DNA of 64,000 nucleotides from Chloroflexota bacterium (GCA_034189655.1 JAXHUE010000003.1:35969-99968), one strand, 5' to 3'. Shown: positions 27,401-36,525, counted from the first letter of the stretch. The notes: generated by a model from the letters alone, not told the origin. Program-made: numbers and translations.

Positions 27401-28536
27401 AGCCTGATCCCCTCCTCCTCGGCCTCCTCAACCTCCCACTCGCTGGCCGGCATCTCGGCGCGAGAGCGGCGGTAGACGATGGTGACCTCCTCGGCGCCCA
27501 TGCGCAGCGCGGTGCGGGCGGCGTCGATGGCGGTGTTGCCGCCCCCGACGACCGCTACCCGCCGCCCCACCTCCATGGGCTGGCCCAGGGCGCAGGCGCG
27601 GAGGAAATCGGTGCCCGGCAGCACCCCCTCCAGCTCCTCCCCCTCCACCCTCATGCGCTGGCTCTTGTGGGCGCCGATGGCGAGGAAGCAGGCGTCGTAG
27701 CCCTCCTGGAGCAGGCCCTGGAGGGTGATGTCCCGGCCCAGGGCGCACCCCGTCCTGATGTCGACGCCCATCTGGGCGATGGCCGCTATCTCCCGGTCGA
27801 GGATATCCTTGGGCAGGCGGTAGTCCGGTATCCCGTAGCGCAGCATCCCCCCCGGCTGGGGCAGGGCCTCGAAGACGACGACGGCGTGCCCCATGCGCGC
27901 CAGGTAGAAGGCGCAGGCCAGCCCCGCCGGCCCCGCGCCGACCACGGCCACGCGGCGGCCGCTGTCCGGCCCCCGGGGCGGGACGTACATAGGCTCCGAG
28001 GAGAACAGGTCATAGTCGGCGGCGGCGCGCTTTAGGTGGCAGATGGCCAGGGGCTCGTCCACCAGGTTACGGCGGCACGCCTCCTCGCAGGGGTGGGGGC
28101 ACACCCTGCCCAGGACGGCGGGCATGGGCACCCGCTCCTTGATGAGGGCGACGGCGTCCCGCAGGCGCCCCCTGGCGATCAAGTGTATGTAGCCCTGGAC
28201 GTCTATCCCCGCGGGGCAGGCCAGCTCACAGGGGGCGGTGCAGTCGCCGTAGTGGGAGGCCAGGAGCTCCTCCAGGCGGCGCTTCCTGGCGCTGCGCACC
28301 CTCTCGCTGTCGGTCTGCACCGTCATGCCCGGCCAGATGGTGGTGGCGCAGCTGGGCACCATGCCGTGACCGGCCACCTCGACGGTGCATATCAGGCAGC
28401 CGCCCAGCGGCTCCAGGTGGTCGTCGTGGCACAGGGTGGGGATGGGGATGCCGCTCGCGCGGCAGACCTCCAGGATGGTCTCGTGGGCCTCGGCCCGTAG
28501 CTCTCTCCCGTTTACGGTAATGCTTACCTCGGTCAC
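24469..28536 (-). CDS. fdhA: Formate dehydrogenase catalytic (alpha) subunit fused to N-terminal 2Fe-2S ferredoxin and GltD-like NAD(P)H/FAD domain (1355 aa), Cys-type (non-seleno)
   Basis: N-term 2Fe-2S (CHDDHLEPLGGCLICTV). GltD-like domain (RRVAVVGAGPAGLACAFYLARMGH). MopB N-terminal 4Fe-4S (CPYCGVGCS). Fdh active-site region NVDHCARLCHAPSVSGL with Cys at the Sec/Cys position and AMGITQHSHGTDN. Long opposite-strand ORF (25606..28035) is a shadow. Confidence 0.8.
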   Translation of the reverse strand: MTEVSITVNGRELRAEAHETILEVCRASGIPIPTLCHDDHLEPLGGCLICTVEVAGHGMVPSCATTIWPGMTVQTDSERVRSARKRRLEELLASHYGDCTAPCELACPAGIDVQGYIHLIARGRLRDAVALIKERVPMPAVLGRVCPHPCEEACRRNLVDEPLAICHLKRAAADYDLFSSEPMYVPPRGPDSGRRVAVVGAGPAGLACAFYLARMGHAVVVFEALPQPGGMLRYGIPDYRLPKDILDREIAAIAQMGVDIRTGCALGRDITLQGLLQEGYDACFLAIGAHKSQRMRVEGEELEGVLPGTDFLRACALGQPMEVGRRVAVVGGGNTAIDAARTALRMGAEEVTIVYRRSRAEMPASEWEVEEAEEEGIRLHFLAAPTTVNGRNGRVASLSCTRMALGEPDASGRPRPEPIPGSEFTVPVDSVIAAIGQGPDISFSADGLQIGRGDVIVADEETLQTDIEGVFAGGDAVTGPARAVDAMAAGRKAAISIDRYLRGEPLADATKPFNWRKGELDELGGEEFATIERQPRRAMPRLRPDERQGNFQEIERGYTQDLAQKEAQRCLACGCGAVESCTLRHLAADYGVSPSLAREAGYHYPVDSSHPFVEIDANKCIMCARCARTCLSVQGVGAWSFAYRVAVPPGARSLADTTCESCGLCIASCPVGALVSKGSRPPLAEVKTVCPYCGVGCSLYLGVVGNTIVDVRGDPESPVNRGKTCVKGRFGIADFVSHPERLTTPLVRKAGGLVPASWDEALELIASRLPQYRGERFALIASARCTNEENYLLQKFARAAMGTNNVDHCARLCHAPSVSGLAQSFGSGAMTNSIAEIGQARCIFAIGTNTTASHPIIGLEIKDAVRRGAALIVANPRHIDLCRFATVWLQQRPGSDVALLMGMMRVIVEQGLIDKQFIEERCENYAEFRESLEWFDAERVEQLTGVPQERVAEAARLYAEGSPATILYAMGITQHSHGTDNVIATANLAMLTGNVGRPSTGVNPLRGQNNVQGACDMGALPNVYPGYQGVADPNLQVKFESAWDVTLNPAPGLTLTEMVDAAYRGEVRAIYLVGENPLLSEPDATHVEQALKNLDFLVVQDIFLSETAQLADVVLPAASFAEKDGTFTNTERRVQRVRRAIDPVGEALPDWQIVCRIAQRMGAGGFDFSHPSQVFDEIAGLSPAYGGISYQRLEEGGLAWPCPFDDHPGTPILHTQLFSRGLGRFIPLTYRPPLEEPSSDYPLVLTTERLLNQYHTGTMTRRVAGLNQIRGQELVEINPADAERLGIGGGDRVRVASRRGEVFAHARVTDGSPPGVVSMSFHFTESRTNIVTNPGLDPVAKIPELKVAAVRVERA

Positions 28537-28674
28537 CTGGGCAGTCCTCCTTAGCTCTGTAGCGCTGGGGATACGCTAGAGGTGGCCATGGTATATCTGG
28601 ACCCTCGGCGATGATTATAAAGAAAAGGGGGCCCAGGGTCAAACCTCCCTCCAGGTGGAGAGTGCCTCACTGTT

Positions 28675-28699
28675 ATCGGGCGCCCGATTCTGGTAGAAT
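28675..28699 (+). promoter_or_regulatory. 14-bp perfect palindrome ATCGGGCGCCCGAT abutting an extended -10 (TGGTAGAAT) upstream of mutS
   Basis: Palindrome at 28675-28688. TGGTAGAAT at 28691-28699, 60 nt upstream of the mutS ATG. Lies in the divergent fdhA/mutS intergenic region. Confidence 0.4.
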
Positions 28700-28759
28700 A
28701 GCCCAGGGGCGGCCCCCGGACGTACTGGCCACCTCAAGGTCGGTGAAAGGCCCTAGGAG

Positions 28760-31312
28760 ATGACCCCGCTCAGGCGGCAGTACCTAAAGATCAAGCAGCA
28801 GTACCCCGATGCCATCGTCTTCTTCCGCCTCGGCGACTTCTACGAGACCTTCGAGCAAGACGCCGAGGTGGCATCGCGGGAGCTGGAGATCGTGCTCACC
28901 TCGCGCGAGATGGGCAAGGGGCTCCGCGTGCCCATGGCCGGCATCCCGTGCCATGCCGTGGAGAACTACCTGGCGCGGCTCATCGCCCGCGGCCACAAGG
29001 TGGCCATCTGTGAGCAGGTGAGCCCGCCGCCGGCGCGGGGCCTGGTGGAGCGGGAGGTCATCCGCGTGGTGACGCCGGGCACCGTGGTGGAGCCCGGCCT
29101 CCTGGAGGGCAAGGCCAACAACTACCTCCTGTCCATCGTCGAGGAGGGGGACGACGTAGGCCTGGCCCATGTTGACATAACTACTGGCGAGTTCGCCACC
29201 ACCCAGGTGCCGGCAGAGGACGCCCCCGCCGAGCTCGAGCGCCTGCGGCCCTCGGAGGTCATCTGTCCCCAGGGCGCCGAGCCTGCCTGGCTACCCATCG
29301 CCGCGGCGCTGACCCCGCTCGACGGGCGCTTCTTCCAGCTTGAGGGTGCCACCCGTCTCCTGCTCGAGCACTTCGGCGCGGCCACGCTCGAGGGCTACGG
29401 CTGTGCCCACCTCCCCCTCGCCACAAAGGCCGCCGGCGCCATCGTTCACTACCTGGGCCAGACCCAGCGCCAGGCCCTGGGGCAGCTCGGTGCCCTCTCC
29501 ACCTACTCCGTGCAGTCGTTCATGGTGCTCGACCCCCAGACACGGCGCAACCTGGAGCTGTTCAGCGGCATGCGCCAGGGGACGGCGTCGGGCTCGCTGC
29601 TCTCCGTCATCGACGCGACGAAGACGGCGATGGGGGGCAGGCTGCTGCGCCGCTGGCTGGGGCAGCCCCTGCTGGACATAGCGCAGCTTGAGCGACGCCT
29701 CGATGCCGTGGAGTGGTTCCATGGCAGGGCAGGGCAGCGCGCGGGCGTCATCTCCGTGCTGGGCCGCGTGGCCGACATCGAGAGGCTGTGCCACCGCATC
29801 GGGGCCGGCATCGCCACGCCGCGGGAGGTGGTGGCGCTGCGCCACGGCCTGGAGGCCGCGGCGAGGGCAGGGGAGGTGGTGGCGCAGGCGGAGGGGGCAG
29901 CCGCCATCGGCTGGCTCATCGAGGGCCTGCGGCCGTGCACCGACGTCGTCGACCTCATCGCGCGCGCCATCGCCGAGGAGCCACCGCCGAGCATGGGCGA
30001 CGGCGTCATCAGGGAGGGCTTCTCCGAGGAGCTCGATGGCCTGAGGCGGGCGGCGGGCGATGCCAGGAGGTACCTGGCCACCCTGGAGCGCACCGAGCGA
30101 GAGCGCACCGGGATAAAGTCGCTCAAGGTGGGCTACAACCGCGTCTTCGGCTACTACATAGAGGTATCCAAGGCCAACCTCTCCCAGGTGCCCGCAGACT
30201 ACATCCGCAAGCAGACCCTGGTCGGTGCCGAGCGCTTCTTCACCCCCGAGCTCAAGGAGTACGAGTCGCTCATCTTGAGCGCCCAGGAGCGGCTCGCCGA
30301 GCTTGAGGGGGGGCTCTTCCGCCGGGTGATGGCCCAGGTGGCCGAGGCCCAGGGGCGCATCCAGCCAGTGGCCCAGGCGCTGGCCCAGATGGACTGCTTT
30401 GCCGCCCTCGCCGAGGTAGCGGTGCGCCATGGCTATGTGCGCCCCGTGCTCGACGAAAGCGATGCCATATCCATAGCCAACGGGCGCCACCCTGTGGTGG
30501 AGCTTCTGGCCGAAGAGCCCTTCGTCCCCAACGATACCCACCTCTCCGCGAGCGATGTGCAGGTAGTGGTGCTCACCGGCCCCAACATGTCAGGCAAGTC
30601 CACCTACCTGCGGCAGGTGGCGCTCATCGTGCTTCTGGCCCAGGTGGGCAGCTTCGTCCCCGCCGATGCCGCCACCATCGGCGTGGTAGACCGCATATTC
30701 ACCCGCGTTGGCGCCCAGGACGAGCTCGCCATGGGGCGCTCCACCTTCATGGTAGAGATGGTGGAGACCGCCGCCATCCTAAACCACGCCACGCCGCGCT
30801 CGCTCATCATCCTCGACGAGATCGGGCGCGGCACCAGCACCTATGACGGCCTCTCCATTGCCCGGGCGGTGGCCGAGCACATCCACAACAGCCCGCGGGT
30901 AGGGGCCAGGACACTGTTCGCCACCCACTACCACGAGATGGTGGGGCTCGCCGCCTGCCTGCCCCGGGTGAGGAACTACAACGTCGCCGTTGCCGAGGAG
31001 GGGGGGAAGGTGGTGTTCCTGCACAGGATCGTCCCCGGCGGCGCCGACAAGAGCTATGGCATACACGTGGCCCAGCTTGCCGGGCTCCCCCGCTCGGTGG
31101 TCCAGCGTGCCCACGAGGTCCTCTACGAGCTGGAGGACGGACAGCGGGGGAAGGCGGGGCGGGCCCGGCGCCCTGGGGGGCAGCAGCTCTCGCTGTTTGC
31201 GGCGCCGTCGCCGCTCCTTGAGGAGCTTGCCGCCCTCGACGTCGATGCCATGACCCCGCTTGAGGCGCTCACCGAGCTCTACCAGCTGAAGAAACGGGCG
31301 GTAGAGGGGTGA
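28760..31312 (+). CDS. mutS: DNA mismatch repair protein MutS
   Basis: N-terminal mismatch-binding domain (TPLRRQYLKIKQQYPDAIVFFRLGDFYE) and Walker A GPNMSGKST. 850 aa. Confidence 0.95.
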   Translation: MTPLRRQYLKIKQQYPDAIVFFRLGDFYETFEQDAEVASRELEIVLTSREMGKGLRVPMAGIPCHAVENYLARLIARGHKVAICEQVSPPPARGLVEREVIRVVTPGTVVEPGLLEGKANNYLLSIVEEGDDVGLAHVDITTGEFATTQVPAEDAPAELERLRPSEVICPQGAEPAWLPIAAALTPLDGRFFQLEGATRLLLEHFGAATLEGYGCAHLPLATKAAGAIVHYLGQTQRQALGQLGALSTYSVQSFMVLDPQTRRNLELFSGMRQGTASGSLLSVIDATKTAMGGRLLRRWLGQPLLDIAQLERRLDAVEWFHGRAGQRAGVISVLGRVADIERLCHRIGAGIATPREVVALRHGLEAAARAGEVVAQAEGAAAIGWLIEGLRPCTDVVDLIARAIAEEPPPSMGDGVIREGFSEELDGLRRAAGDARRYLATLERTERERTGIKSLKVGYNRVFGYYIEVSKANLSQVPADYIRKQTLVGAERFFTPELKEYESLILSAQERLAELEGGLFRRVMAQVAEAQGRIQPVAQALAQMDCFAALAEVAVRHGYVRPVLDESDAISIANGRHPVVELLAEEPFVPNDTHLSASDVQVVVLTGPNMSGKSTYLRQVALIVLLAQVGSFVPADAATIGVVDRIFTRVGAQDELAMGRSTFMVEMVETAAILNHATPRSLIILDEIGRGTSTYDGLSIARAVAEHIHNSPRVGARTLFATHYHEMVGLAACLPRVRNYNVAVAEEGGKVVFLHRIVPGGADKSYGIHVAQLAGLPRSVVQRAHEVLYELEDGQRGKAGRARRPGGQQLSLFAAPSPLLEELAALDVDAMTPLEALTELYQLKKRAVEG

Positions 31313-31404
31313 CAGGTGGGTGCCTGCGATAGTACGATATGGTAGAGTGGTATGTGGAATAGACGGAGGCCCTATCCCATTCTGCTGAGTTGGAGGGAGT
31401 GCCC

Positions 31405-31596
31405 ATGACCATGCCCACAGAGGTTGAACACGTCCCCAAGAAGTGTGCCAAGTGTGGCAACGACATCATCAAGCGGGAGCAACTGGAGATGCACTCCCGC
31501 TGGGGCTTTGCCGGTCCCGCCTACCGCTTCAACGTCTACACCTGCGGCAACTGCGGCTACTCCGAGTTCTTCTACCAGAAGAGCACGTGGATCTAG
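31405..31596 (+). CDS. Small zinc-ribbon protein (63 aa, CxxC...CxxC)
   Basis: KKCAKCGN ... YTCGNCGY four-Cys ribbon. GGAGGGA RBS 6 nt upstream of ATG. Nested between mutS and mutL on the same strand. Confidence 0.45.
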   Translation: MTMPTEVEHVPKKCAKCGNDIIKREQLEMHSRWGFAGPAYRFNVYTCGNCGYSEFFYQKSTWI

Positions 31597-31615
31597 CGAG
31601 AGAGGCAACCTGGCC

Positions 31616-33307
31616 GTGCCCATCAAGGTGCTAGAGCATGACATGGTCTCCCGCATCGCCGCCGGCGAGGTAGTGGAGCGCCCCGCCTCCGTGGTCAAGG
31701 AGCTCATCGAGAACTCGCTCGATGCCGGTGCCACCGCCGTCTCCGTCGAGGTACGTGGTGGGGGGGTGAGCCTCATCCGGGTGAGCGATAACGGTGTCGG
31801 CATCCCCGCCCCCGAGCTCCCCCTCGCCTTCCAGCGCCACGCCACCAGCAAGGTAGAGACCCCCCAGGACCTGGCCGCCATCGCCACCCTGGGCTTTCGC
31901 GGCGAGGCGCTGCCCAGCATCGCCGCCTGCGCCGAGGTAGAGGTGGTGACCCGCACCCCGGGCGAGGTAGCGGGGGCCTTCGTAAGGCTGCTGGGAGGTG
32001 TCGTCGTCGAGGAGGGCGGGCGTGGCTCGCCCCAGGGGACCGTGGTGACCGTGCACCACCTCTTCCGCGACCATCCCGCCCGCCTGAAGTTCCTGAAGCC
32101 TGCCGCCACCGAGAGCGGTCACATCAGCCACATCGTGGGCCAGTATGCCCTGGCCTTCCCCGAGGTGCGCTTCACCCTCACCGTTGACGGCCGCCGCGCC
32201 CTGGTGACGGCGGGGAGCGGTCGGTTGGGCGATGTGCTGGTGGAGGTCTACGGGGCAGACATCGCCGGTGCGATGGTGCCCGTAGTCGAGCGAGACGGAG
32301 TGCCGCGGGTGACCGGCCACGTGAGCCGGCCCGAGCTGACCCGCTCCAGCCGCAGTCATCTGTCATTTTTCGTAAATCGTCGCTTTGTGAGGAGCCGCGT
32401 GTGCGTCCGTGCTGTGGAGGAGGCCTATCGCGGGCTGCTGATGACGGGGAGGTACCCCGTTGCCGTGCTCACCGTGTGGCTGCCCCGCGAGGAGGTAGAT
32501 GTCAACGTGCACCCGGCCAAGGTCGAGGTCAAGTTCCGCAGCGAGAGAGAGGTCTTCGAGGTCGTGCAGCGAGCGGTGCGGGAGGCCCTGGTGGAGGAGA
32601 TGGCCGTTCCCGCGATGAGGGGCGCCCCCCGCACCCCTGCCCCGCCCCTCCCGCCCACCCGCCGCCCCTCCCCCCTGGCGGCGGCCCAGGGGCCGCCGCC
32701 CGCAGCCCCTGCCGGCGCCGAGTTGGGTTTACGCCTGCCCATCCTGCGTGTGCTGGGCCAGCTATTACAGACCTACATTGTCGCCGAGGGCCCTGACGGC
32801 CTGTACCTCGTTGACCAGCATGCCGCTCACGAGCGCATCCTCTTCGAGCGAGTGCGCTCCCAGCGAGAGAGGGGAGAGGTAGAGGTACAGGGGTTGCTCG
32901 AGCCGCTGGCTGTTGAGCTCATGCCGCGGCAGGCAGAGACACTGTTGTCCGAGGGGGAGTGTCTTGCGTCGTATGGTTTCGCCGTGGAGCCGTTTGGCGA
33001 GAGGACGTGCCTGGTGCGCGCCGTGCCCGCGGCGCTTGCCCGTGGTGAGGTGGTCACGGCCCTGGTCGACATCCTGGATGCCCTGGGCCAGGTAGGGGAG
33101 CCTGATACGAGAGAGGAGCGGATAGCCCAGTCCCTGGCGTGCCATAGTGCGGTACGTGCCGGGCAGGCACTGAGTATGGAGGAGATGCGCCACCTGCTGG
33201 GGGAGCTAGAGCTGGCGCATCTCCCTCACACCTGTCCTCATGGCAGACCCACCATGGTCTGCACGAGCATAGCGCAGCTAGAGCGTGATTTTGGGCGCTC
33301 CCTATAG
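31616..33307 (+). CDS. mutL: DNA mismatch repair protein MutL
   Basis: GHKL ATPase N-terminus IAAGEVVERPASVVKELIENSLDAGAT...SDNGVGI. GTG start at 31616 after GAGAGAGG; the ORF-track start at 31424 overlaps the small ORF out of context. Confidence 0.9.
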   Translation: MPIKVLEHDMVSRIAAGEVVERPASVVKELIENSLDAGATAVSVEVRGGGVSLIRVSDNGVGIPAPELPLAFQRHATSKVETPQDLAAIATLGFRGEALPSIAACAEVEVVTRTPGEVAGAFVRLLGGVVVEEGGRGSPQGTVVTVHHLFRDHPARLKFLKPAATESGHISHIVGQYALAFPEVRFTLTVDGRRALVTAGSGRLGDVLVEVYGADIAGAMVPVVERDGVPRVTGHVSRPELTRSSRSHLSFFVNRRFVRSRVCVRAVEEAYRGLLMTGRYPVAVLTVWLPREEVDVNVHPAKVEVKFRSEREVFEVVQRAVREALVEEMAVPAMRGAPRTPAPPLPPTRRPSPLAAAQGPPPAAPAGAELGLRLPILRVLGQLLQTYIVAEGPDGLYLVDQHAAHERILFERVRSQRERGEVEVQGLLEPLAVELMPRQAETLLSEGECLASYGFAVEPFGERTCLVRAVPAALARGEVVTALVDILDALGQVGEPDTREERIAQSLACHSAVRAGQALSMEEMRHLLGELELAHLPHTCPHGRPTMVCTSIAQLERDFGRSL

Positions 33308-34222
33308 TTGCAGGTAGCTGTGGGCGTAGATGGTCTTGTTCTCCAGCACCCTGATGGTCTTCAAGATATCGCTCTGCATTGGGTCGTTCTTATCGGCCAC
33401 CGAGGGGTCGAACTCCTCGTCGGCGGCGTAGGCATCGTAGAGGGCCAGGTAGAGCTTGCCCTTGGGTGTAGAGCCGTCGCGGCCCTCGATGATGCGGATG
33501 GTCTCCATCATCTCGTCGTCCAGCGGGTCGAGGATGGCCGAGTCCATGCCCGCCCCCATGAGCATGATGAGGAAGACGCGGTTGATGAGGGGTCTTATCT
33601 CGTTGGGGGCCCCGTTGGAGACGTTAGAGAGGCCGCAGGTGGTGTGGAAGGGGGGGTCGCTGATCTGCTTGAAGATACGAGTTGCCTTCACGATCTCTGG
33701 TGCGTGCTCCTGGCAGCCGTTCACCGTGAGCACCAGCGGGTCGAGGTAGACGTTCTCCAGGGGGACCCCGTACTGGTCGACGGCCGGCATCAGGTCTTCA
33801 GAGACGATCTCCACCCGGGCGTCCGAGGTTGCCGGCAGGCCGGTGGCGCGCAGGGTGAGGGCGATGATGTTGGCGTTGTGCTCCACGGCGAGGGGGAAGA
33901 GTACCGCCATGCGCTCCGGGTCGGCGTTGGTGCTATTGATGAGGGGCTTGTGCTTGCACACCTTGAGGCCCGCCTTGATGGCCTCGGCGTTGGTGGTGTC
34001 GAGTGAGAGGGGGACATCGGTCACCTCCTGCACGGCACCTACCAGCCACTCCATCACCTCAGGCCCGTCCTTCTTGCGGGGGCCGATATTGAGCTCCAGG
34101 ATATTGGCGCCCCGCTCTACCTGGCGCGTGGCCACATCCTGGATGAAGCCCTTGTCCCGCTCGTCGATGGCCTCCCTGACCCTCTTGGCCAGGATCTGGA
34201 TGCTTTCCCCGATAACCAGCAT
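33302..34222 (-). CDS. acsE: Methyltetrahydrofolate:corrinoid/iron-sulfur protein methyltransferase (pterin-binding, AcsE/MeTr-like)
   Basis: Pterin-binding (DHPS-like TIM barrel) domain. Last gene of the acs cluster. Confidence 0.7.
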   Translation of the reverse strand: MLVIGESIQILAKRVREAIDERDKGFIQDVATRQVERGANILELNIGPRKKDGPEVMEWLVGAVQEVTDVPLSLDTTNAEAIKAGLKVCKHKPLINSTNADPERMAVLFPLAVEHNANIIALTLRATGLPATSDARVEIVSEDLMPAVDQYGVPLENVYLDPLVLTVNGCQEHAPEIVKATRIFKQISDPPFHTTCGLSNVSNGAPNEIRPLINRVFLIMLMGAGMDSAILDPLDDEMMETIRIIEGRDGSTPKGKLYLALYDAYAADEEFDPSVADKNDPMQSDILKTIRVLENKTIYAHSYLQL

Positions 34223-34274
34223 GCTTGTCCTCCTTTCTTAAAAGACCGCAAAGTAATGGGCGGGGCCATATCCG

Positions 34275-35033
34275 CTATAGCAGGCCCAGCTCCTCCGCGA
34301 CGGCGGCCACTGCCTGCCTGACTGGCGAGTCGGTGGCGAGCTCGGTGAGTGGGGCTCCCACCTGCTCCAGCGCAGCCAGGGCCGGGTCCTCGGGGAGGGT
34401 AGTGATGAGCTCCAGGCCGGCCTCCGTGATGGCCTGCTGGATCTGGGGGCTCAGGCCGTCGCCCACGCGGTTCACCATCAGGACGACGCGCTCCACGTGA
34501 GTCCTCATCTCGGTGATGAGCTCCTTGGTGCGGATAGCGGCGGAGATCCCCCTCATCGTTGGGTCAGAGACGATGAGGAGGACATCCACGTCGCGCGTTG
34601 TCTGGCGGCTGATGTGCTCCATGCCTGCCTCGGAGTCGATGACCACGAACTGGTAGTTGCTCCCCAGGCGGTCGATGGAGTGGCGCAGCATATTGTTGGC
34701 GGCGCAGTAGCACCCTGGGCCCTCGGGGCGTCCCATGGCGAGCAGGTCCACCCCCTTGGACTCCACCAGTGCCTCGAATATCTTCATCTCCAGGTAGTCC
34801 GGTTTGGATATCCCGCCCTCCAGGCGTCCCTTGCTTGCCAGCTTGGCCATGTCCTCCCGCACCCGGCCCACGGTCTCGTCCAATGGGAGGCCCAGGGCCA
34901 TGTGGAGGTTAGAGCTGGGGTCGCCGTCGATGGCGAGCACTGCACCCTTCTCCTTGAGCATTGTGATGAGCAGGGCAGAGATGGTGGTCTTGCCCGTGCC
35001 CCCCTTTCCTACCACGGCTATAGTCTTGGTCAT
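34275..35033 (-). CDS. cooC: CooC-family Ni-insertion ATPase (CODH/ACS maturation factor)
   Basis: Deviant Walker A AVVGKGGTGKTT. MinD/ParA-like. CooC-type CxC motif region (GPGCYCAANN). Confidence 0.8.
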   Translation of the reverse strand: MTKTIAVVGKGGTGKTTISALLITMLKEKGAVLAIDGDPSSNLHMALGLPLDETVGRVREDMAKLASKGRLEGGISKPDYLEMKIFEALVESKGVDLLAMGRPEGPGCYCAANNMLRHSIDRLGSNYQFVVIDSEAGMEHISRQTTRDVDVLLIVSDPTMRGISAAIRTKELITEMRTHVERVVLMVNRVGDGLSPQIQQAITEAGLELITTLPEDPALAALEQVGAPLTELATDSPVRQAVAAVAEELGLL

Positions 35034-36475
35034 CGCTCGGTATCACCCCGATTCTCACTATACTTGATGAAGCGGCTTATGGCAATGGCGGCCCGGGCCA
35101 CGGTGGGGAACACCGGGAAGCCGGCGTCTAAGCACCTCTCCTGGAGCGTGAGGAAGGTCTGCCACGCCTCCATGGCACCCGCGGTGCGCAGCACCACGGC
35201 GATGGGCTTATCGGTCTCCCTGCCGGCGCGGATGACGTTCTCGGCCACGTGCTCCATGAGGTTGTAGCCCGTGGGCTGGCGGGCGCTGAAGTCGATGCCC
35301 AGGTGGACGATGAGGAAGTCGATCTGGGGGCACCGGGCCACGGTGCTTATGGTGCGGTAGAAGTCCTCCGGGTTGAAGATGAGCAGGGAGTCCACCGGGT
35401 TGGCCACGCTGGAGCCGGCGTCGGGTGTGAAGCGGCGCAGCTCCTCCCGCACCTCTGGTGGCAGAGGTGGGACAGAGAGGCCGGCGAGGCCGCAGTCGTC
35501 CGTCGCCTGGACGCTGGCGCCGCCGCCCACGCCGACGACCCCGGCGTTGCGACCCCGGGGCAGGCCCATGCGCAGGAAGCACTGGAGCACGTCGGCCATC
35601 TCCTCCAGGCTGGCCACCCCTATCACGCCCATCTGGCGACAGAGGGCGTCCCATATCGCCACCGCCCCTGCCAGAGAGCCGGTGTGCGAGGCCACCGCCC
35701 TGGCGCCGCTCTCCGTTCTTCCCCCTTTGAGCAGTATCACCGGCTTTGTGGCGGAGGCCTCGCGGAGCGCCCGTATGAAGCCGGGGCCGTTGCGCACCCC
35801 CTCGATGTAGCCGGTGATGATCCCGGTCTCCGGGTCGTGGGCCAGGTACTCCATGAAGTCGGTCTCGTTCAAGTCGCAGGCATTGCCGTAGCTCACCACC
35901 TTGCTGAAGCGGATGCCGCGGAGGCGGGCGGCGTTGGTGATATCGGTGGCGTTGCCCCCGCTCTGGGAGATGAAGGCCACCGGGCCGCTCTCCTTGGGCA
36001 GGCCCTGTGCGTTGAACACCAGGCCGCTCCGCGGGCAGTAGACGCCTACGCAGTTGGGGCCGATGATGCGCAGGTTGCCCTTCCTGGCGATGCTCACCAT
36101 CTCCTGCTCCAGCTTGGCCCCCTCCGCGAGGCCGGTCTCGGAGAATCCGGCGGTGAAGAGCTGGAGCGTCTTGACCCCCATGTCCACGCAGTCCCGGACC
36201 ATCTGGATGACGTGCTGTGCCGGGATGTTGGAGATGGCGTAGTCGATGGGTGGCGGGGCGTGCCTTATGCTGGGGTATGTCTTTATCCCCAGCACCTCTT
36301 CCCGGTTGGGGTTGATGGGGTAAATGTTCCCCTCGAAGCCGAGCTCCATGATCCCCTTCAAGTAGCCGTAGCCGAACTTCACCGGGTCGCTGGTGGCCCC
36401 TACTACCGCCACCGAGCGGGGGTGGAACACGTCTTCCAGGTCTGGTCTCCCCTTGCCATTAGTCATGCTGTACAT
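35030..36475 (-). CDS. CoA-binding domain protein (ADP-forming acetyl-CoA synthetase alpha-like / succinyl-CoA synthetase-like)
   Basis: N-terminal CoA-binding Rossmann (RSVAVVGATSDPVKFGY), ligase-CoA domain, 481 aa. Embedded in the acs cluster. Confidence 0.65.
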   Translation of the reverse strand: MYSMTNGKGRPDLEDVFHPRSVAVVGATSDPVKFGYGYLKGIMELGFEGNIYPINPNREEVLGIKTYPSIRHAPPPIDYAISNIPAQHVIQMVRDCVDMGVKTLQLFTAGFSETGLAEGAKLEQEMVSIARKGNLRIIGPNCVGVYCPRSGLVFNAQGLPKESGPVAFISQSGGNATDITNAARLRGIRFSKVVSYGNACDLNETDFMEYLAHDPETGIITGYIEGVRNGPGFIRALREASATKPVILLKGGRTESGARAVASHTGSLAGAVAIWDALCRQMGVIGVASLEEMADVLQCFLRMGLPRGRNAGVVGVGGGASVQATDDCGLAGLSVPPLPPEVREELRRFTPDAGSSVANPVDSLLIFNPEDFYRTISTVARCPQIDFLIVHLGIDFSARQPTGYNLMEHVAENVIRAGRETDKPIAVVLRTAGAMEAWQTFLTLQERCLDAGFPVFPTVARAAIAISRFIKYSENRGDTER

Positions 36476-36525
36476 CCTCGCTGTGCCGGGAGCTGCCGTG
36501 GCCCCTCCTCCGGGCCTGGTGCCCC

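Noticed and set aside
25606-28035. 809-aa plus-strand ORF inside the fdhA locus, and other 200-400-aa ORFs (24284..25075, 26364..26675 etc.)
   Set aside because: Antisense or alternate-frame shadows of the clearly homologous formate dehydrogenase gene.
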